The translations under genes were made by a program, and so were the position numbers. A DNA stretch of 38,144 bases from Verrucomicrobiales bacterium (GTDB taxonomy: Bacteria > Verrucomicrobiota > Verrucomicrobiia > Verrucomicrobiales > SLCJ01). Positions 26,901 to 37,293 of this stretch are shown here, piece after piece (the first letter of the stretch is position 1; the number at the start of each line of letters is the position of its first letter). The stretch covers positions 1-38,144 of the forward strand of contig JBJTQJ010000074.1 of NCBI GenBank assembly GCA_046075565.1, in the 5' to 3' direction. The notes under the pieces are model-generated. The model was not told the origin of the DNA. It saw only the letters and a program-made list of their open reading frames with translations, and ran no database searches.

Positions 26901-27674
26901 TCACCGGGAAAAGACCCATAAGCTGAGAACCGCCAAGACAAATCCGCCCGCGGCACCTGCGGCGACCCGGCGGTGGCTGGTTCCTGCCCAACGCATGGCG
27001 ATAACTGCCGCATAAACCCCGAGCACGATGTAGGAGACGAGGTGCTTGGAGCCCGAAGGTTTGGTGGGCGTAAAATATCCCGCGGCCATACCCGCGGCGA
27101 GCATGATGCAGCCGAGGGTCAGAACAAGCATCATGGCCCGGAATAAATGCGTAATCGGCGGCAAATGGAGGAACACCCGCGGAGGGGGACGCTTTTTCAA
27201 TTGCCGGTCATGGATGATGAATAGAATCCCCGCCAGGGCGGCCACTCCGAATGCCCCATAAGCAAGCAGGGAAAGCGAGCCATGCAACTCAATCCAAGGG
27301 TCCACTTTCGCGCGAGGCCCCGTATTCGGGGGCGGGATCATGCCCGGAAGCAGAGCCAGCCCCTGCAGGAAGGCGGCCAAGCCCGAAGTGAGCAGTCCGA
27401 GAAGCGACATGCGATAGGTCGAACCAAGAAGGAAATACCAGAGAACCATGGCCCACGAAACAAAAACCAGCACCTCGCCGGAACTGGTGATCGGGCAGCG
27501 GCTGCTCCACTGTCCGCGCTGCCAAAGAAAGCTGCATTGTATCGCAAAAGCGGAGGCCATGATGACCAACCCGGGAACGGTCACCCGGAAGTGTCCACGC
27601 GCCACTTGCGTGAACACGAGGGCGAAGTTCACGGCGAAAAGGATGGTGGCGCTGGCTAGCAGGAGGAGATCCAT
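26901..27674 (-). CDS. Cytochrome c assembly (CcsA/HemX-like) membrane protein
   Basis: Multi-TM protein with WIELHGSLSLLAYGAF and HDRQLK...LPPI; immediately upstream of hemA; start MDLLLL at 27674. Confidence 0.75.
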   Translation of the reverse strand: MDLLLLASATILFAVNFALVFTQVARGHFRVTVPGLVIMASAFAIQCSFLWQRGQWSSRCPITSSGEVLVFVSWAMVLWYFLLGSTYRMSLLGLLTSGLAAFLQGLALLPGMIPPPNTGPRAKVDPWIELHGSLSLLAYGAFGVAALAGILFIIHDRQLKKRPPPRVFLHLPPITHLFRAMMLVLTLGCIMLAAGMAAGYFTPTKPSGSKHLVSYIVLGVYAAVIAMRWAGTSHRRVAAGAAGGFVLAVLSLWVFSR

Positions 27675-27799
27675 CGGAAGGGCGAATAAACTACGATTGC
27701 CGGGCGTTCCGCGCAACCCCTCGGGCGAAAGCCGGGAAATGAAAAACCGCGTGAACCGGTCTTGGCTCACGCGGCTAAAATCGCGGGGAATCGTCCGTC

Positions 27800-28408
27800 T
27801 TACGGCACCCGGAAGAGCTTCTTGGTGTAAGGATCTTCGACCAAGGCACCCGGCTTCATGTTCCGGACGTCCACGTAACCCGCTTCTTTGTCGAAGGGGC
27901 TGTAGACCATCCCGTCCTTGCCGGGAACCGGGATGCCATAGGGGTAGTCATCTTTCGGCTTGTTCTGCACGGGAGCATCTAGAGGTTTGGAACTGGTTCC
28001 GATTTGCGGGGGCTTCGGCTTGTCCGGGTTCAGAGTCGGGGCTGAAGGGGGTGCGGAGGGCACCGTGGGATTGAGGCCGGTGTCAGCCGGGCGGGTGGCG
28101 GTGTTACCTGCACCGGGAAGAATCGGGCCGCTCAAGGAATTGCCGTTTGCTCCGGCCGGCGGAATGGTGCTGCCGTTTTGCAGGGCCAAAGTCCCGGCGT
28201 TCGGCTGGGGAGCCATCGCCTGGGCAATTGCCCCATCGGGACCGGCACTCGGGGTGCCAAGCTGGCCGGAAGGGTCGGTCTGGCTGCCACGGTAGCCGTA
28301 GCGGTTCTGGCCGGAATAGGCTGAGTTGGTGGCTTGATTGGCTGGCGGGAAGCATGCACTCGTACATGTCAAGACCGCAGCAGCCACGAGGAAGGGAAAG
28401 GATTTCAT
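27800..28408 (-). CDS. Putative lipoprotein with Pro/Gly/Ala-rich linker and small C-terminal domain
   Basis: Signal peptide ending TSAC; low-complexity middle; compact tail YPYGIPVPGKDGMVYSPF...VDV...PG..VEDPYT..FRVP. Confidence 0.72.
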   Translation of the reverse strand: MKSFPFLVAAAVLTCTSACFPPANQATNSAYSGQNRYGYRGSQTDPSGQLGTPSAGPDGAIAQAMAPQPNAGTLALQNGSTIPPAGANGNSLSGPILPGAGNTATRPADTGLNPTVPSAPPSAPTLNPDKPKPPQIGTSSKPLDAPVQNKPKDDYPYGIPVPGKDGMVYSPFDKEAGYVDVRNMKPGALVEDPYTKKLFRVP

Positions 28409-28443
28409 GGGAATCTGAGTTCTTCAATATATAGCGCCCATAC

Positions 28444-28470
28444 ATTCTCCTTTTTTCCATGAATTGTCAA
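28444..28470 (-). promoter_or_regulatory. Possible sigma70-type promoter of the lipoprotein gene
   Basis: Perfect TTGACA at 28470-28465; only a weak GAGAAT -10 at 15-nt spacing. Confidence 0.3.
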
Positions 28471-28605
28471 GGAATGTTGGAGAATCACGAGAACCCCTTC
28501 CCAGGGGCCAGATGAGGGACCTTCGACCTCCTTGCCTGTCACGGCTTGGCTGCCATTTTCCCGCGCCCTCCGCATGTTTTCAAACAGCGACTTGCCTCAG
28601 AATCC

Positions 28606-28643
28606 ATCCATGGCATCCCGGCAAAATCGGGGATGCCATGGAT
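28606..28643. terminator. 14-bp perfect inverted repeat, probable terminator/3' stem-loop of the GH2-GH95-Gfo operon
   Basis: ATCCATGGCATCCC-N10-GGGATGCCATGGAT, 18 nt past the stop at 28662; no clear U-tract on the minus strand. Confidence 0.6.
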
Positions 28644-28661
28644 TTTCCGGTCATCGGGACC

Positions 28662-30023
28662 TCAAACCTTCCACCCCACGAAATCGTAGTCGTAGGGTTT
28701 GCGCATTTCGCGAGCGACGTAGCCGTTGGCTTCCTCCGCGTGTTCGCCGGTAAAGAGTTCCTTTTCCGGATCCCAGGTGAGGCTTTTCCCGGTACGCAGG
28801 GAGATCGCTCCGAGGTGGCAGACGCTGGCGGAACGGTGTCCGGTGACCACATCGGCGATGGGGTCTTTGCGCGATTTGATGCAGTCGAAGAAATTTCCCA
28901 TATGATTGTCGCTGACGTAAAGACGCTCCGCGTTTTCGGGGAGATCCTTACGAAGCAGGTCGCGCTCGCTGGCGTCGATGCCGTCGCGGTTCACCCAGAT
29001 CCAGCCATCTTCGCCGACGAAGCGGATGCCATTGCGCTGGCCATCGGCTTTGATCACCTCGCCGAACGGACTGTCGTCGGGAGTGGTGCGCACGTAGAAA
29101 ACCACCCCATTCGGATAGGTGAACTTCACCTCGTAATCGCTGATGGCATTGAACCCGCCCGGCACGGGTTGGGTAAGCGCCTTGCTCTCGACCTTGGTGG
29201 GAGCAGGCAGTCCAATGGCCCAGTATCCAATGTCCATGTGATGCGCACCCCAGTCGGTCATGGTGCCGCCGGAATAATCATACCAATTCCGGAAAGTGAC
29301 ATGGCAACGTTCCGGCACATAATCGACCTTCGGGGCTTGGCCAAGCCAGAAGTCCCAATCGAGACCTTCGGGGATCGGTGCGGTGGCGAAAGGTCCGCCA
29401 CGTCGACCCGCCGGCAACCACACGACTACCTCCTTGAGTTTGCCGATGCGCCCGTTGCGGACGAGTTCACAGGCGAGGCGGAACCGGGGGCTACTGCGCT
29501 GCTGGGTTCCGGTTTGCAGGACCACCTTGTTGGCCCGCACGGCCTTCACCACTTGTTTGCCCTCGTCGATGGTCAGGGTTAGCGGTTTTTCCGAATAGAT
29601 GTCTTTGCCCGCGAGCGCGGCTCCGATATTGATGAGCGAGTGCCAGTGGTCCGGGGTGCCATTGACGATGGCATGCACGTCCTTGCGGTCGAGCACTTTC
29701 CTGAAGTCGCTGTAAGTATCGATTTTCGCGCCATCCTTGGCCAGCCGACCGGCCGCGCGGGCGGAATGGCTTTGATCGACGTCACAGACGGCCACGATGT
29801 TGCCGAAGGCGCTCGCCAGTCGGGCGTCGCCCGTGCCCATGCCTCCGGAGCCGATGAGCGCGACATTCGGGCGATCATTTGGAGATACGATTTTCGCGGC
29901 TTCTTGCGCGAAAGCCGCTTCCCGTTGGACAAACCAGAGCGGAAGTCCGGTAAGCGCGGCGGTGGCACTGGTCCGGCGGAGAAAACTCCGGCGGGATATC
30001 TGCATGTGTTTGTCTTGGTGCAT
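28662..30023 (-). CDS. Tat-exported Gfo/Idh/MocA family oxidoreductase
   Basis: SRRSFLR Tat motif, IGSGGMG, TPDHWH, EKPL, GTQQRS, DWGAHHMD; start at 30023 or 30005. Confidence 0.9.
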   Translation of the reverse strand: MHQDKHMQISRRSFLRRTSATAALTGLPLWFVQREAAFAQEAAKIVSPNDRPNVALIGSGGMGTGDARLASAFGNIVAVCDVDQSHSARAAGRLAKDGAKIDTYSDFRKVLDRKDVHAIVNGTPDHWHSLINIGAALAGKDIYSEKPLTLTIDEGKQVVKAVRANKVVLQTGTQQRSSPRFRLACELVRNGRIGKLKEVVVWLPAGRRGGPFATAPIPEGLDWDFWLGQAPKVDYVPERCHVTFRNWYDYSGGTMTDWGAHHMDIGYWAIGLPAPTKVESKALTQPVPGGFNAISDYEVKFTYPNGVVFYVRTTPDDSPFGEVIKADGQRNGIRFVGEDGWIWVNRDGIDASERDLLRKDLPENAERLYVSDNHMGNFFDCIKSRKDPIADVVTGHRSASVCHLGAISLRTGKSLTWDPEKELFTGEHAEEANGYVAREMRKPYDYDFVGWKV

Positions 30024-30086
30024 GATGTTCGAACTGGTTTTGGTTGAATTGAAAGTTTTTCTGACGGTCGCCCGCCCGTCTTGCAT

Positions 30087-32471
30087 TCAGAGTTTTTCCG
30101 TTTTGATTGTCTTGGTTTCTCCGTTCACCTGGACGGTGACCTCCACAGGTTCTGGGGAGCGGATGGTGAATTTCGTCACTTTGCCTTCTTTCCATTCGAT
30201 GTCCACATGATGTCCGGCGCGAGCCCGCAAGCCTGTGACTTTTCCCGCTGGCCAGGCGTCAGGGAGCGCAGGCAAGAGGCGGATGACACCCCCATGTCCT
30301 TGGAGCAACATTTCGCCGATGGCCGAAGTGCCCCCGAAGTTGCCGTCGATCTGGAAAGGAGGATGCAGGCACAGCATGTTGTTGCCACCCTTGGTGATGA
30401 GAAGGTTCAAGAGGGTGTTGGCTCGATTGCCTTCGTGCAAACGAGCCCAAAAATTCGACTTCCAAGCCATCGACCAACCGGTGCTGGCATCGCCGCGGCG
30501 TTCGAGGGTCACTTTCGCGGCCTTGGCCAATTCGGGTGTGCCGTCGGGTGTGATTTCGCCGAACGGATGCAGGCCATAAAGATGCGAGACATGGCGATGG
30601 TGGGGATCGGCTTCTTCATAATCATCGAGCCATTCCATGAGTTGACCGTGTTTGCCAATCCGGTTGGGCGCCAATTGGGCACGGGCTTCGGCAAGACGAT
30701 TTTTGAATTCATCATCCACTCCGAGAATCGTGGCCGCCTCGATACAGTTGCCGAACAACTCGCGAAGCAACTGCATGTCCATGGTCGGGCCAATACAAAT
30801 GCTGGCTTTGCCGCCATCGGCAGTTTTGAAGGCATTCTCCGGAGAATTTGACGGCGCGGTGACAAGCCAACCTGTTTTTGGATCTTTGATCAACATGTCG
30901 AGGTAAAATTCCACCGATCCCTTCATGATGGGATAAACCTTACGGAGAAAATCCTTGTCTCCGGAAAAGGCATAATGCTCCCACAAATGATCACACAGCC
31001 ACGCCGAGCCACTGGAGGTCGCGCCCCAGGAGGCCTTTTCGCCGGGTGCGGTGAATCCCCAAGGATTTGTAATCACATGCGCCACCCAACCATTCGCGCC
31101 ATAATAGGCCTTGGCCGTCTTCGCGCCGGGAGCTTGCAACGATTCGATAAGTTTGGCCAAGGGCACATGACAATCACCGAGACCACACATCTCGGCGGGC
31201 CAATAATTCATCTGCACATTGATATTGAGATGGTAGTCGCCGTTCCACGGGGTCTGGACACCATCGGCCCAGATGCCCTGGAGGTTGGCGGGCATCGTGC
31301 CGGGGCGCGAACTACTGATGAGCAGATATCGTCCGTAATTGAAGTAGAGTGCCGCGAGGGAGGGATCCTTCCCTCCTTGGCCGAGGAGATTCATGCGTTG
31401 GTCGGTTGGCAGGGCCGCTGCTTTGGTTGACTCTTCTTTCCCGTCGGAGAGTTCGAGGGCCACGCGATCGTAAAAACCCTTGTATTCAGCCACGTGGGCA
31501 TCGCGTAGCGCCTGATAGGATTTCGTGCCTGCCTTCTCAATGTCATTGGCGGTGGCGGCCAGGGGATCGGCTGTGCTCCGGCCTGCGAAGCCCTGGTAGT
31601 TGGTCGCACCCGCGACGAGCAGCATCACTTGGTCCGCATTTTCGATATGTAAGGTGTTGCCATCCACGCGGATGTTGCCCCCGGTAGGGATGGCTCGCAG
31701 GCGGGTCACATGGGTCAAGCCTTCCACACCGGGTTGACCGCTGTTGAGTTGACCGACCATGAGCAGGCCGTTTTCTCCATCCGCTTTGGTTTCGAAGCGT
31801 TCTTCTCGGTCCAACACGATGGAGAAGGAATGGGCTCCGGGTTTGTCAGCTGTGAAATGGAAGACCATCACTTGAGCCGGTGCGCTCGAAAACGCTTCCC
31901 GTCGATATGTCACGCCGTCACGATGGTAGTGAACGGAAGCGACAGCTTCGCGGAGATCAAGTTGGCGCTGGTATTTCCGAGGCTCCCTTTCTTCATCGAC
32001 GGATTGACTTTTCGGTTCGGCCTTCCAACGGATCCTCAGATCCCCGAGTTCCTGATAGCATCCGAAGGGAACATTCGCGCCTCGCCCCCGACCGGAGCCG
32101 GCCCCTTTGCAAATGAAGGTCTGATTGACCAGTTCCTCCGCCTCGACATTTTTCCCCTCCAGCAAAAGCCTGCGGATCTCAGCGAGGTTCTTCGAAGCAT
32201 CTTCCCGGTTGTCATCTCCAGGCGAGCCCGACCACATCGACTCCTCATTGAGAGCGAACCGCTCTTCCCGCACCCCGCCAAAAACCATGGCGCCGAGCCG
32301 TCCATTGCCAATCGGCAGGGCTTCACGTTCCCAATCCTTGGCCGGGCGGTTATACCATAGTGTGGAGGACGGATCGATGGGTGCGGTTTGCGCGGACGCG
32401 CAGGAGAGGCCGCTGCCCAGAAGGGTGAGAAGGGCAATGCCGATGGATGAGGATAAGTATCGCATAACCAT
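30087..32471 (-). CDS. GH95 alpha-L-fucosidase-like glycoside hydrolase
   Basis: [63 protein letters not shown]. Confidence 0.92.
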   Translation of the reverse strand: MVMRYLSSSIGIALLTLLGSGLSCASAQTAPIDPSSTLWYNRPAKDWEREALPIGNGRLGAMVFGGVREERFALNEESMWSGSPGDDNREDASKNLAEIRRLLLEGKNVEAEELVNQTFICKGAGSGRGRGANVPFGCYQELGDLRIRWKAEPKSQSVDEEREPRKYQRQLDLREAVASVHYHRDGVTYRREAFSSAPAQVMVFHFTADKPGAHSFSIVLDREERFETKADGENGLLMVGQLNSGQPGVEGLTHVTRLRAIPTGGNIRVDGNTLHIENADQVMLLVAGATNYQGFAGRSTADPLAATANDIEKAGTKSYQALRDAHVAEYKGFYDRVALELSDGKEESTKAAALPTDQRMNLLGQGGKDPSLAALYFNYGRYLLISSSRPGTMPANLQGIWADGVQTPWNGDYHLNINVQMNYWPAEMCGLGDCHVPLAKLIESLQAPGAKTAKAYYGANGWVAHVITNPWGFTAPGEKASWGATSSGSAWLCDHLWEHYAFSGDKDFLRKVYPIMKGSVEFYLDMLIKDPKTGWLVTAPSNSPENAFKTADGGKASICIGPTMDMQLLRELFGNCIEAATILGVDDEFKNRLAEARAQLAPNRIGKHGQLMEWLDDYEEADPHHRHVSHLYGLHPFGEITPDGTPELAKAAKVTLERRGDASTGWSMAWKSNFWARLHEGNRANTLLNLLITKGGNNMLCLHPPFQIDGNFGGTSAIGEMLLQGHGGVIRLLPALPDAWPAGKVTGLRARAGHHVDIEWKEGKVTKFTIRSPEPVEVTVQVNGETKTIKTEKL

Positions 32472-32474
32472 GGT

Positions 32475-35429
32475 TCAGTCGGGGAAGATCTCCTTGAGCA
32501 ATGCGGATTCGAGTTCGTGTTTCGGTGCGAATGCATCGGAGTCCATGTAGGAAAGGAGACTGCAGAACATCTGCCTGACCTCGGGAATGTCGCTATGACC
32601 GGGAAGGTCGATGGCAGAAATGAGCACTGAGCCTCCACCGGCTTTTGTTTCTGCAATGAGACCGAGTTTATGGTTGCGGACAAAATTGTCCACCATCTGC
32701 AGGATTGGGCGGAACCCGGCAGGACTTCCATCGAACATGATGGGCCGCGAGTTCTTCAAAAGATGCCACCACTGCCAATTGGCGTGGAACTCGGTCGGGA
32801 ATGCAGCCAGAGCGGGATGCGAAGGATCACACAAGAAGCCCAGAGTGCCCGGAGGCAGTTTCTTCTCCCCGCGTTTGACGGCGGCCTCCGCGAACATCGG
32901 GGACCAGAACTCGCACTGGAACCCACCGGGCACGGAACGAGGCAGTCGATCATGCGCCGGAACGAGCAATACCTTGCCGCCTTTCTCCAGATGCTCCCGC
33001 GTGGCCGGATCATGGAGCTTTCGAGTAACGAGGATGCCCTCCGGCACCTTGACCTCTTTTTCCGGAGGATAGATCCAAATCGAATATTTGTTGCGATGGG
33101 GCGTGTCCTTGATACGAAGCACCAACTCAAGTTTGGCCGGAGCGGTGATACCGAGCTTTTCAATCGGGATTTCGCACTTACCGAGGTCATGGATTCCTCC
33201 GGCCGTCAGGGTGGCTTTCGGAAGTTGGAAAGTGGAAAGGACTTTTCCTTGGGAATCCAAAAGCTCCCCGGTCAAGGTGGCATCGGCAAGGTCCCGTGGC
33301 CCGTAGTGCGCGACCTGAACCGATGCCGAGAAGGTTTCATCGCTCGTCCACGCGTATTTCTCCATGCGCAGGAGCGGAACCGTCTCCGAACAAAACTCCA
33401 GCCACTTTTTCCGATCCACCACCCCCTTCTCTTCCATAAAAACATTGAGCATCCCGACAAGTGCGGTGCCCTGGCCGGGGAAATCCATGATGTCCAGAAG
33501 CTGGAAGCCACCGAAGCCAGGAGTGCGGAGGGCAGCTTCGATATCCTCGCGATAACAAATGGCTGCCAATGCTCCGGAGGCCCGCACGAAGTCCGCAGCC
33601 TGATCCAACATTCCGGCTTTTTCCAATCGCTCTCGGAAGATTTCGTAATTCCTCGCCCTCAGGACACCGGTGAATTTGGGAATGTCTCGGAAGTCGGGAT
33701 AAACCTGAAACTGACCCGTCTCATGGCCGATGGCGGGCACGGCCACGCCTTCGATGGAAGCCGAAAAATCGACCATCGTGGAAGGTGGCTTCGACTCGAT
33801 GTGAGGGTCGGGAAAATCGAAGAACGAGAAGGACCCACGGAGCGCCTTGCTGTCTTTTCCGATTTTACCAGTCACCCAGAAGTCATCCCCTTCGGCGAGA
33901 CTAGGTGCCCAATGCATGTTATTGGAGCCTTGGGCCATGAGGATGCCGGGCTCGCTTCTCTTGAATCGTGCGATCAAATCAAACATGCCCTGAGTGCGGC
34001 CGAGTTCGTTACCAAGGGTATACATGACAAATGAAGGACTGTTCCCGAAGTGTCGGAAAATCGCATCACTTTCACGCAGGGCGAAGTCATAGAGGGTTGT
34101 TTCCGATTCCGAGGCGAGCACATCGAGGTAATCGATGTTATGGCGGGCGGCCTCGGCGTTATCGGGGGCATTGAACGCGCTCCGTTTGTTCGGCAGTTCG
34201 ACTTGAAAATAGAATCCAAGTTCATCCGCCGCTTCGAAAGCGGCCGCCGGCGGACACCACGAGTGGAAGCGCCAATGGTTGAGCCCCCAATGGCGGGTGA
34301 TACGCAGCAACCGCCTCCATTCCTCGAGACCCATCGGCGCATACCCGGTAAGCGGGAAATTTGCGCAATCCAAGCGTCCGCGCAGGAAGACCTGGCGGCC
34401 ATTGTTGAGCAATCGTGCGCCGTCGCGAGTGAACTGGCGCATGGCGAAACGGGTGACCGATTGGTGGGCGAACTTCTGATTCGCCGAATTGGCCTCAAGT
34501 GCGATCTCCATCCTCAGAAGCGCGGGCGAGAATTCATCCCAAAGCGGCACGCCATCTCCCAGTTCATGCGTGAATTCGACGAACTCTTCCCCTGCCTTGA
34601 GGGAGAATGGGACTTGCTGGAGAGCAAACTCCTGCGGCTTTTCCACGTTGTAACTCCGGCAACGAATCGAAAGCATGCCTTGCATCGGTTCTCCGGTCAG
34701 ATTGCCCATCTGAACCCTAACCCTCGCCGCTTTTTTTGTAATATCAGGGAAAACGCGAATTCCTTCGATCCAGACGCGATCCATGGCCCGCAGTTCCATT
34801 TTCCCGAGGATTCCGTTCCAGTTGGTCTGGGTTCGCTCATCCACCGCGTGCGATGGACCAACCGGCGGCAATTTTGAATTGTCGATGCGCACCGTGATGG
34901 TGTTTTTCCCCGCTTTGATCATCGAAGTGACATCGAACTCGTGGGGAGCACTTAGGGAATCACGCCTGCCGGCGAAAGTATCACCAATCCAGACCCGAGT
35001 GTTTTTCGTCCGCTCGAACGAGAGCAGGATGCGTTTGTCTTTCCAGTTTTCGGGGATGGCCACGTCTCGCTGATACCAAGCGGGTCCTTTCCAAAACCAC
35101 GGGCGCATGAGACGATCGGCGGGCTTTTCAGCCTGCTCGATGCCTTTGCGGTTCTCGTCGGTCGTTCCGGGCAGTTTGACGGTATCTCCGAGTTCACGGG
35201 TGTTCCACTTGGCGCTGATTCCCTCGTCCTTGCCGTCTAGTTCGAAACGCCACTGCCCGCTCAAATCAATCACCTCGGCGAGAGCGGCGGGGGCGAGGAC
35301 CAATCCCAAGGATAGGCAAAGAACCGCCAAGAAACACCGGGTCGATAGGGTGCGGCTTCCGAACAGGAACCGCGGCGGGCAAGCAGGCCCGGGATGGAGC
35401 GGCGATGGGAAAATACGTGCGGGAGTCAT
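32475..35429 (-). CDS. GH2-like glycoside hydrolase
   Basis: DLSGQWRF, WYQRDV, WNGILG, WDEFSP, RFHSWCPP, LGNEL acid/base motif, HETGQ, DFPGQG; start uncertain (MTPAR at 35429 chosen). Confidence 0.82.
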   Translation of the reverse strand: MTPARIFPSPLHPGPACPPRFLFGSRTLSTRCFLAVLCLSLGLVLAPAALAEVIDLSGQWRFELDGKDEGISAKWNTRELGDTVKLPGTTDENRKGIEQAEKPADRLMRPWFWKGPAWYQRDVAIPENWKDKRILLSFERTKNTRVWIGDTFAGRRDSLSAPHEFDVTSMIKAGKNTITVRIDNSKLPPVGPSHAVDERTQTNWNGILGKMELRAMDRVWIEGIRVFPDITKKAARVRVQMGNLTGEPMQGMLSIRCRSYNVEKPQEFALQQVPFSLKAGEEFVEFTHELGDGVPLWDEFSPALLRMEIALEANSANQKFAHQSVTRFAMRQFTRDGARLLNNGRQVFLRGRLDCANFPLTGYAPMGLEEWRRLLRITRHWGLNHWRFHSWCPPAAAFEAADELGFYFQVELPNKRSAFNAPDNAEAARHNIDYLDVLASESETTLYDFALRESDAIFRHFGNSPSFVMYTLGNELGRTQGMFDLIARFKRSEPGILMAQGSNNMHWAPSLAEGDDFWVTGKIGKDSKALRGSFSFFDFPDPHIESKPPSTMVDFSASIEGVAVPAIGHETGQFQVYPDFRDIPKFTGVLRARNYEIFRERLEKAGMLDQAADFVRASGALAAICYREDIEAALRTPGFGGFQLLDIMDFPGQGTALVGMLNVFMEEKGVVDRKKWLEFCSETVPLLRMEKYAWTSDETFSASVQVAHYGPRDLADATLTGELLDSQGKVLSTFQLPKATLTAGGIHDLGKCEIPIEKLGITAPAKLELVLRIKDTPHRNKYSIWIYPPEKEVKVPEGILVTRKLHDPATREHLEKGGKVLLVPAHDRLPRSVPGGFQCEFWSPMFAEAAVKRGEKKLPPGTLGFLCDPSHPALAAFPTEFHANWQWWHLLKNSRPIMFDGSPAGFRPILQMVDNFVRNHKLGLIAETKAGGGSVLISAIDLPGHSDIPEVRQMFCSLLSYMDSDAFAPKHELESALLKEIFPD

Positions 35430-35668
35430 GGGTTGGTCCGTCGAGGGTGGGCCCGGAGGCGCATCCGCACTCAAAGCATCCCAAGCCGTGACCGTTGGTT
35501 TACGCTCCCTTCCCTGCCCGGCTTTCGATGATTTTGACCGGCAACTCGGGGGGTGAACCGGCAAAGTGGAAGATTGCGATTGTCGGCAGGCATGGCAAAT
35601 TTACCTCGAAAACCGCTGGTCACGCACCCGCCCCATAGGCGGTCATCCTACCCTCACAAACTTTCTCC

Positions 35669-37231
35669 ATGAACCACGTTTCCATATTCAACGATGTGAT
35701 CGGCCCGGTGATGCGCGGCCCGTCGAGCTCCCACTGTGCCGCCGCATTGCGTATCGGCCGCCTCGCCCGCGATCTCATGGATGGCGAGATCAAGGATGTG
35801 CTTGTCGAGTTCGACCGTTCCGGCTCACTTCCCACGACCCATGATAGCCAGGGTTCCGACATGGGACTGTTTGGAGGGCTACTCGGTTGGAATGCCGACG
35901 ACGAACGTTTGCCGGATTCGGGCAAAGCCATGGCTGCCGCGGGTATCGATTTGCGCATCGTGACCGTGGATGTGGGAGACCCTCACCCCAATACCTACCG
36001 GTTGACCCTGAAGAACTCCCGCGAGCAGCACTCGCTCATCGCCATCTCTACCGGCGGAGGTATGATGGAAGTGTTGAGCATCGATGGAGTGCCGATGGCC
36101 ATGGATGGGGGCTATCACGAAACCCTAATCTGGCTGGATAAAGAATCAGACGCACTCGCTTCATCCCTCATTGCCGACGCGGTCCATGTTCATTCGCATT
36201 CCGGAGGGGTAATCGTGCAGGTCCAGGCTGCCGTTTTTGTCGATGATACCCTGCTTGCTCCGTTCCAGCCAATCGCGGTCAAACGACTCGCTCCGGTGCT
36301 TCCTGTGCCATCGAGCAAGGCGGCAAGAGTGCCATTTTCCTCGTGTTCGGAAATGCTTGCCAAAGATGGTGCGCGTGAAACCCCGCTGTGGCGGCTCGCC
36401 GTCGAATACGAGCGGGCGCGGGGAAGACTCTCCGAGGAGGAAGTCGTGGCGAAAATGGTCGAGATCGTCCGCATCCTGCGCAAGAGCGTGGCGCAGGGCA
36501 TTGAAGGCACGTCGTATGAGGATCGGGTTCTCCATCATCAGAGCGGAAAATTCAAGACCTTGATGGAAAAGGGAAGCCTGCTCGATGGCGGCGCCTTGAA
36601 CCGGATTATCCTGTATGTGACGTCGCTTATGGAAGTGAAAAGCTCGATGGGCGTGATCGTAGCCGCCCCGACCGCCGGAGCCTGCGCGGCTTTGCCGGGT
36701 GCGGTCATCGCAGTGGCGGAAACCATGGGCAAGAGCGAGGAGGAAATGGCAGCTGCCATGCTGGCGGCTGGAATCATCGGTGTCTTTATTGCCACCCGCT
36801 GGACTTTCGCGGCGGAAGTGGGTGGTTGCCAGGCGGAAGGTGGCGCGGCCGCTTGTATGGCTGCGGCCGCCCTCGTTACCCTCGCGGGCGGAACCCGTGA
36901 CCAAGCCGTCGCCGCGGCTTCGCTCGCCTTCCAATCCATGCTTGGTTTGATTTGTGATCCCATTGCCAATCGCGTCGAGGCTCCCTGCCTCGGCAAGAAT
37001 GTGATGGCTGCCGCGAACGCGCTCTCCTGCGCCAATATGGCCTTGGCCGGATTCGATCCACTGATCCCGCTCGACGAGGTAATCGATGCCGCCAAGGCGG
37101 TCGCTGAAAGAATGCCTCGTGAACATCGCTGCACGTCCCTCGGAGGACTCGCCGTCACTCCGACATCACTCGCCATCGAGAAGAAACTCGCCGCTCTCAA
37201 AGGCTGCGGTTCCGGTTGCGCCTGCCACTGA
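35669..37231 (+). CDS. Fe-S-dependent L-serine dehydratase, fused beta-alpha subunits
   Basis: GPVMRGPSSSH, HPNT, STGGG (beta part); APTAGAC, GGCQAE, GLICDP...VEAPC...N (alpha part, three Fe-S Cys). Confidence 0.88.
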   Translation: MNHVSIFNDVIGPVMRGPSSSHCAAALRIGRLARDLMDGEIKDVLVEFDRSGSLPTTHDSQGSDMGLFGGLLGWNADDERLPDSGKAMAAAGIDLRIVTVDVGDPHPNTYRLTLKNSREQHSLIAISTGGGMMEVLSIDGVPMAMDGGYHETLIWLDKESDALASSLIADAVHVHSHSGGVIVQVQAAVFVDDTLLAPFQPIAVKRLAPVLPVPSSKAARVPFSSCSEMLAKDGARETPLWRLAVEYERARGRLSEEEVVAKMVEIVRILRKSVAQGIEGTSYEDRVLHHQSGKFKTLMEKGSLLDGGALNRIILYVTSLMEVKSSMGVIVAAPTAGACAALPGAVIAVAETMGKSEEEMAAAMLAAGIIGVFIATRWTFAAEVGGCQAEGGAAACMAAAALVTLAGGTRDQAVAAASLAFQSMLGLICDPIANRVEAPCLGKNVMAAANALSCANMALAGFDPLIPLDEVIDAAKAVAERMPREHRCTSLGGLAVTPTSLAIEKKLAALKGCGSGCACH

Positions 37232-37293
37232 CTCCCCCTCTAGCCACGGCTTTCCGTGATTGAGCTTCGCCGGTCATTCCCTAACGTGTCATC

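Noticed and set aside
1771..27802. Genome-wide reassignment of TAA to a sense codon
   Set aside because: TAA terminates rsuA (1771-1773), the brnT-like gene (21710-21712) and the lipoprotein (27800-27802) at natural-looking C-termini; readthrough after rsuA does not look protein-like
11281..34034. Long antisense ORFs (e.g. 11281-12390, 19257-20609, 23488-24705, 28464-29582, 32670-34034)
   Set aside because: Shadow ORFs opposite well-supported genes, expected in high-GC coding DNA; no motifs recognised
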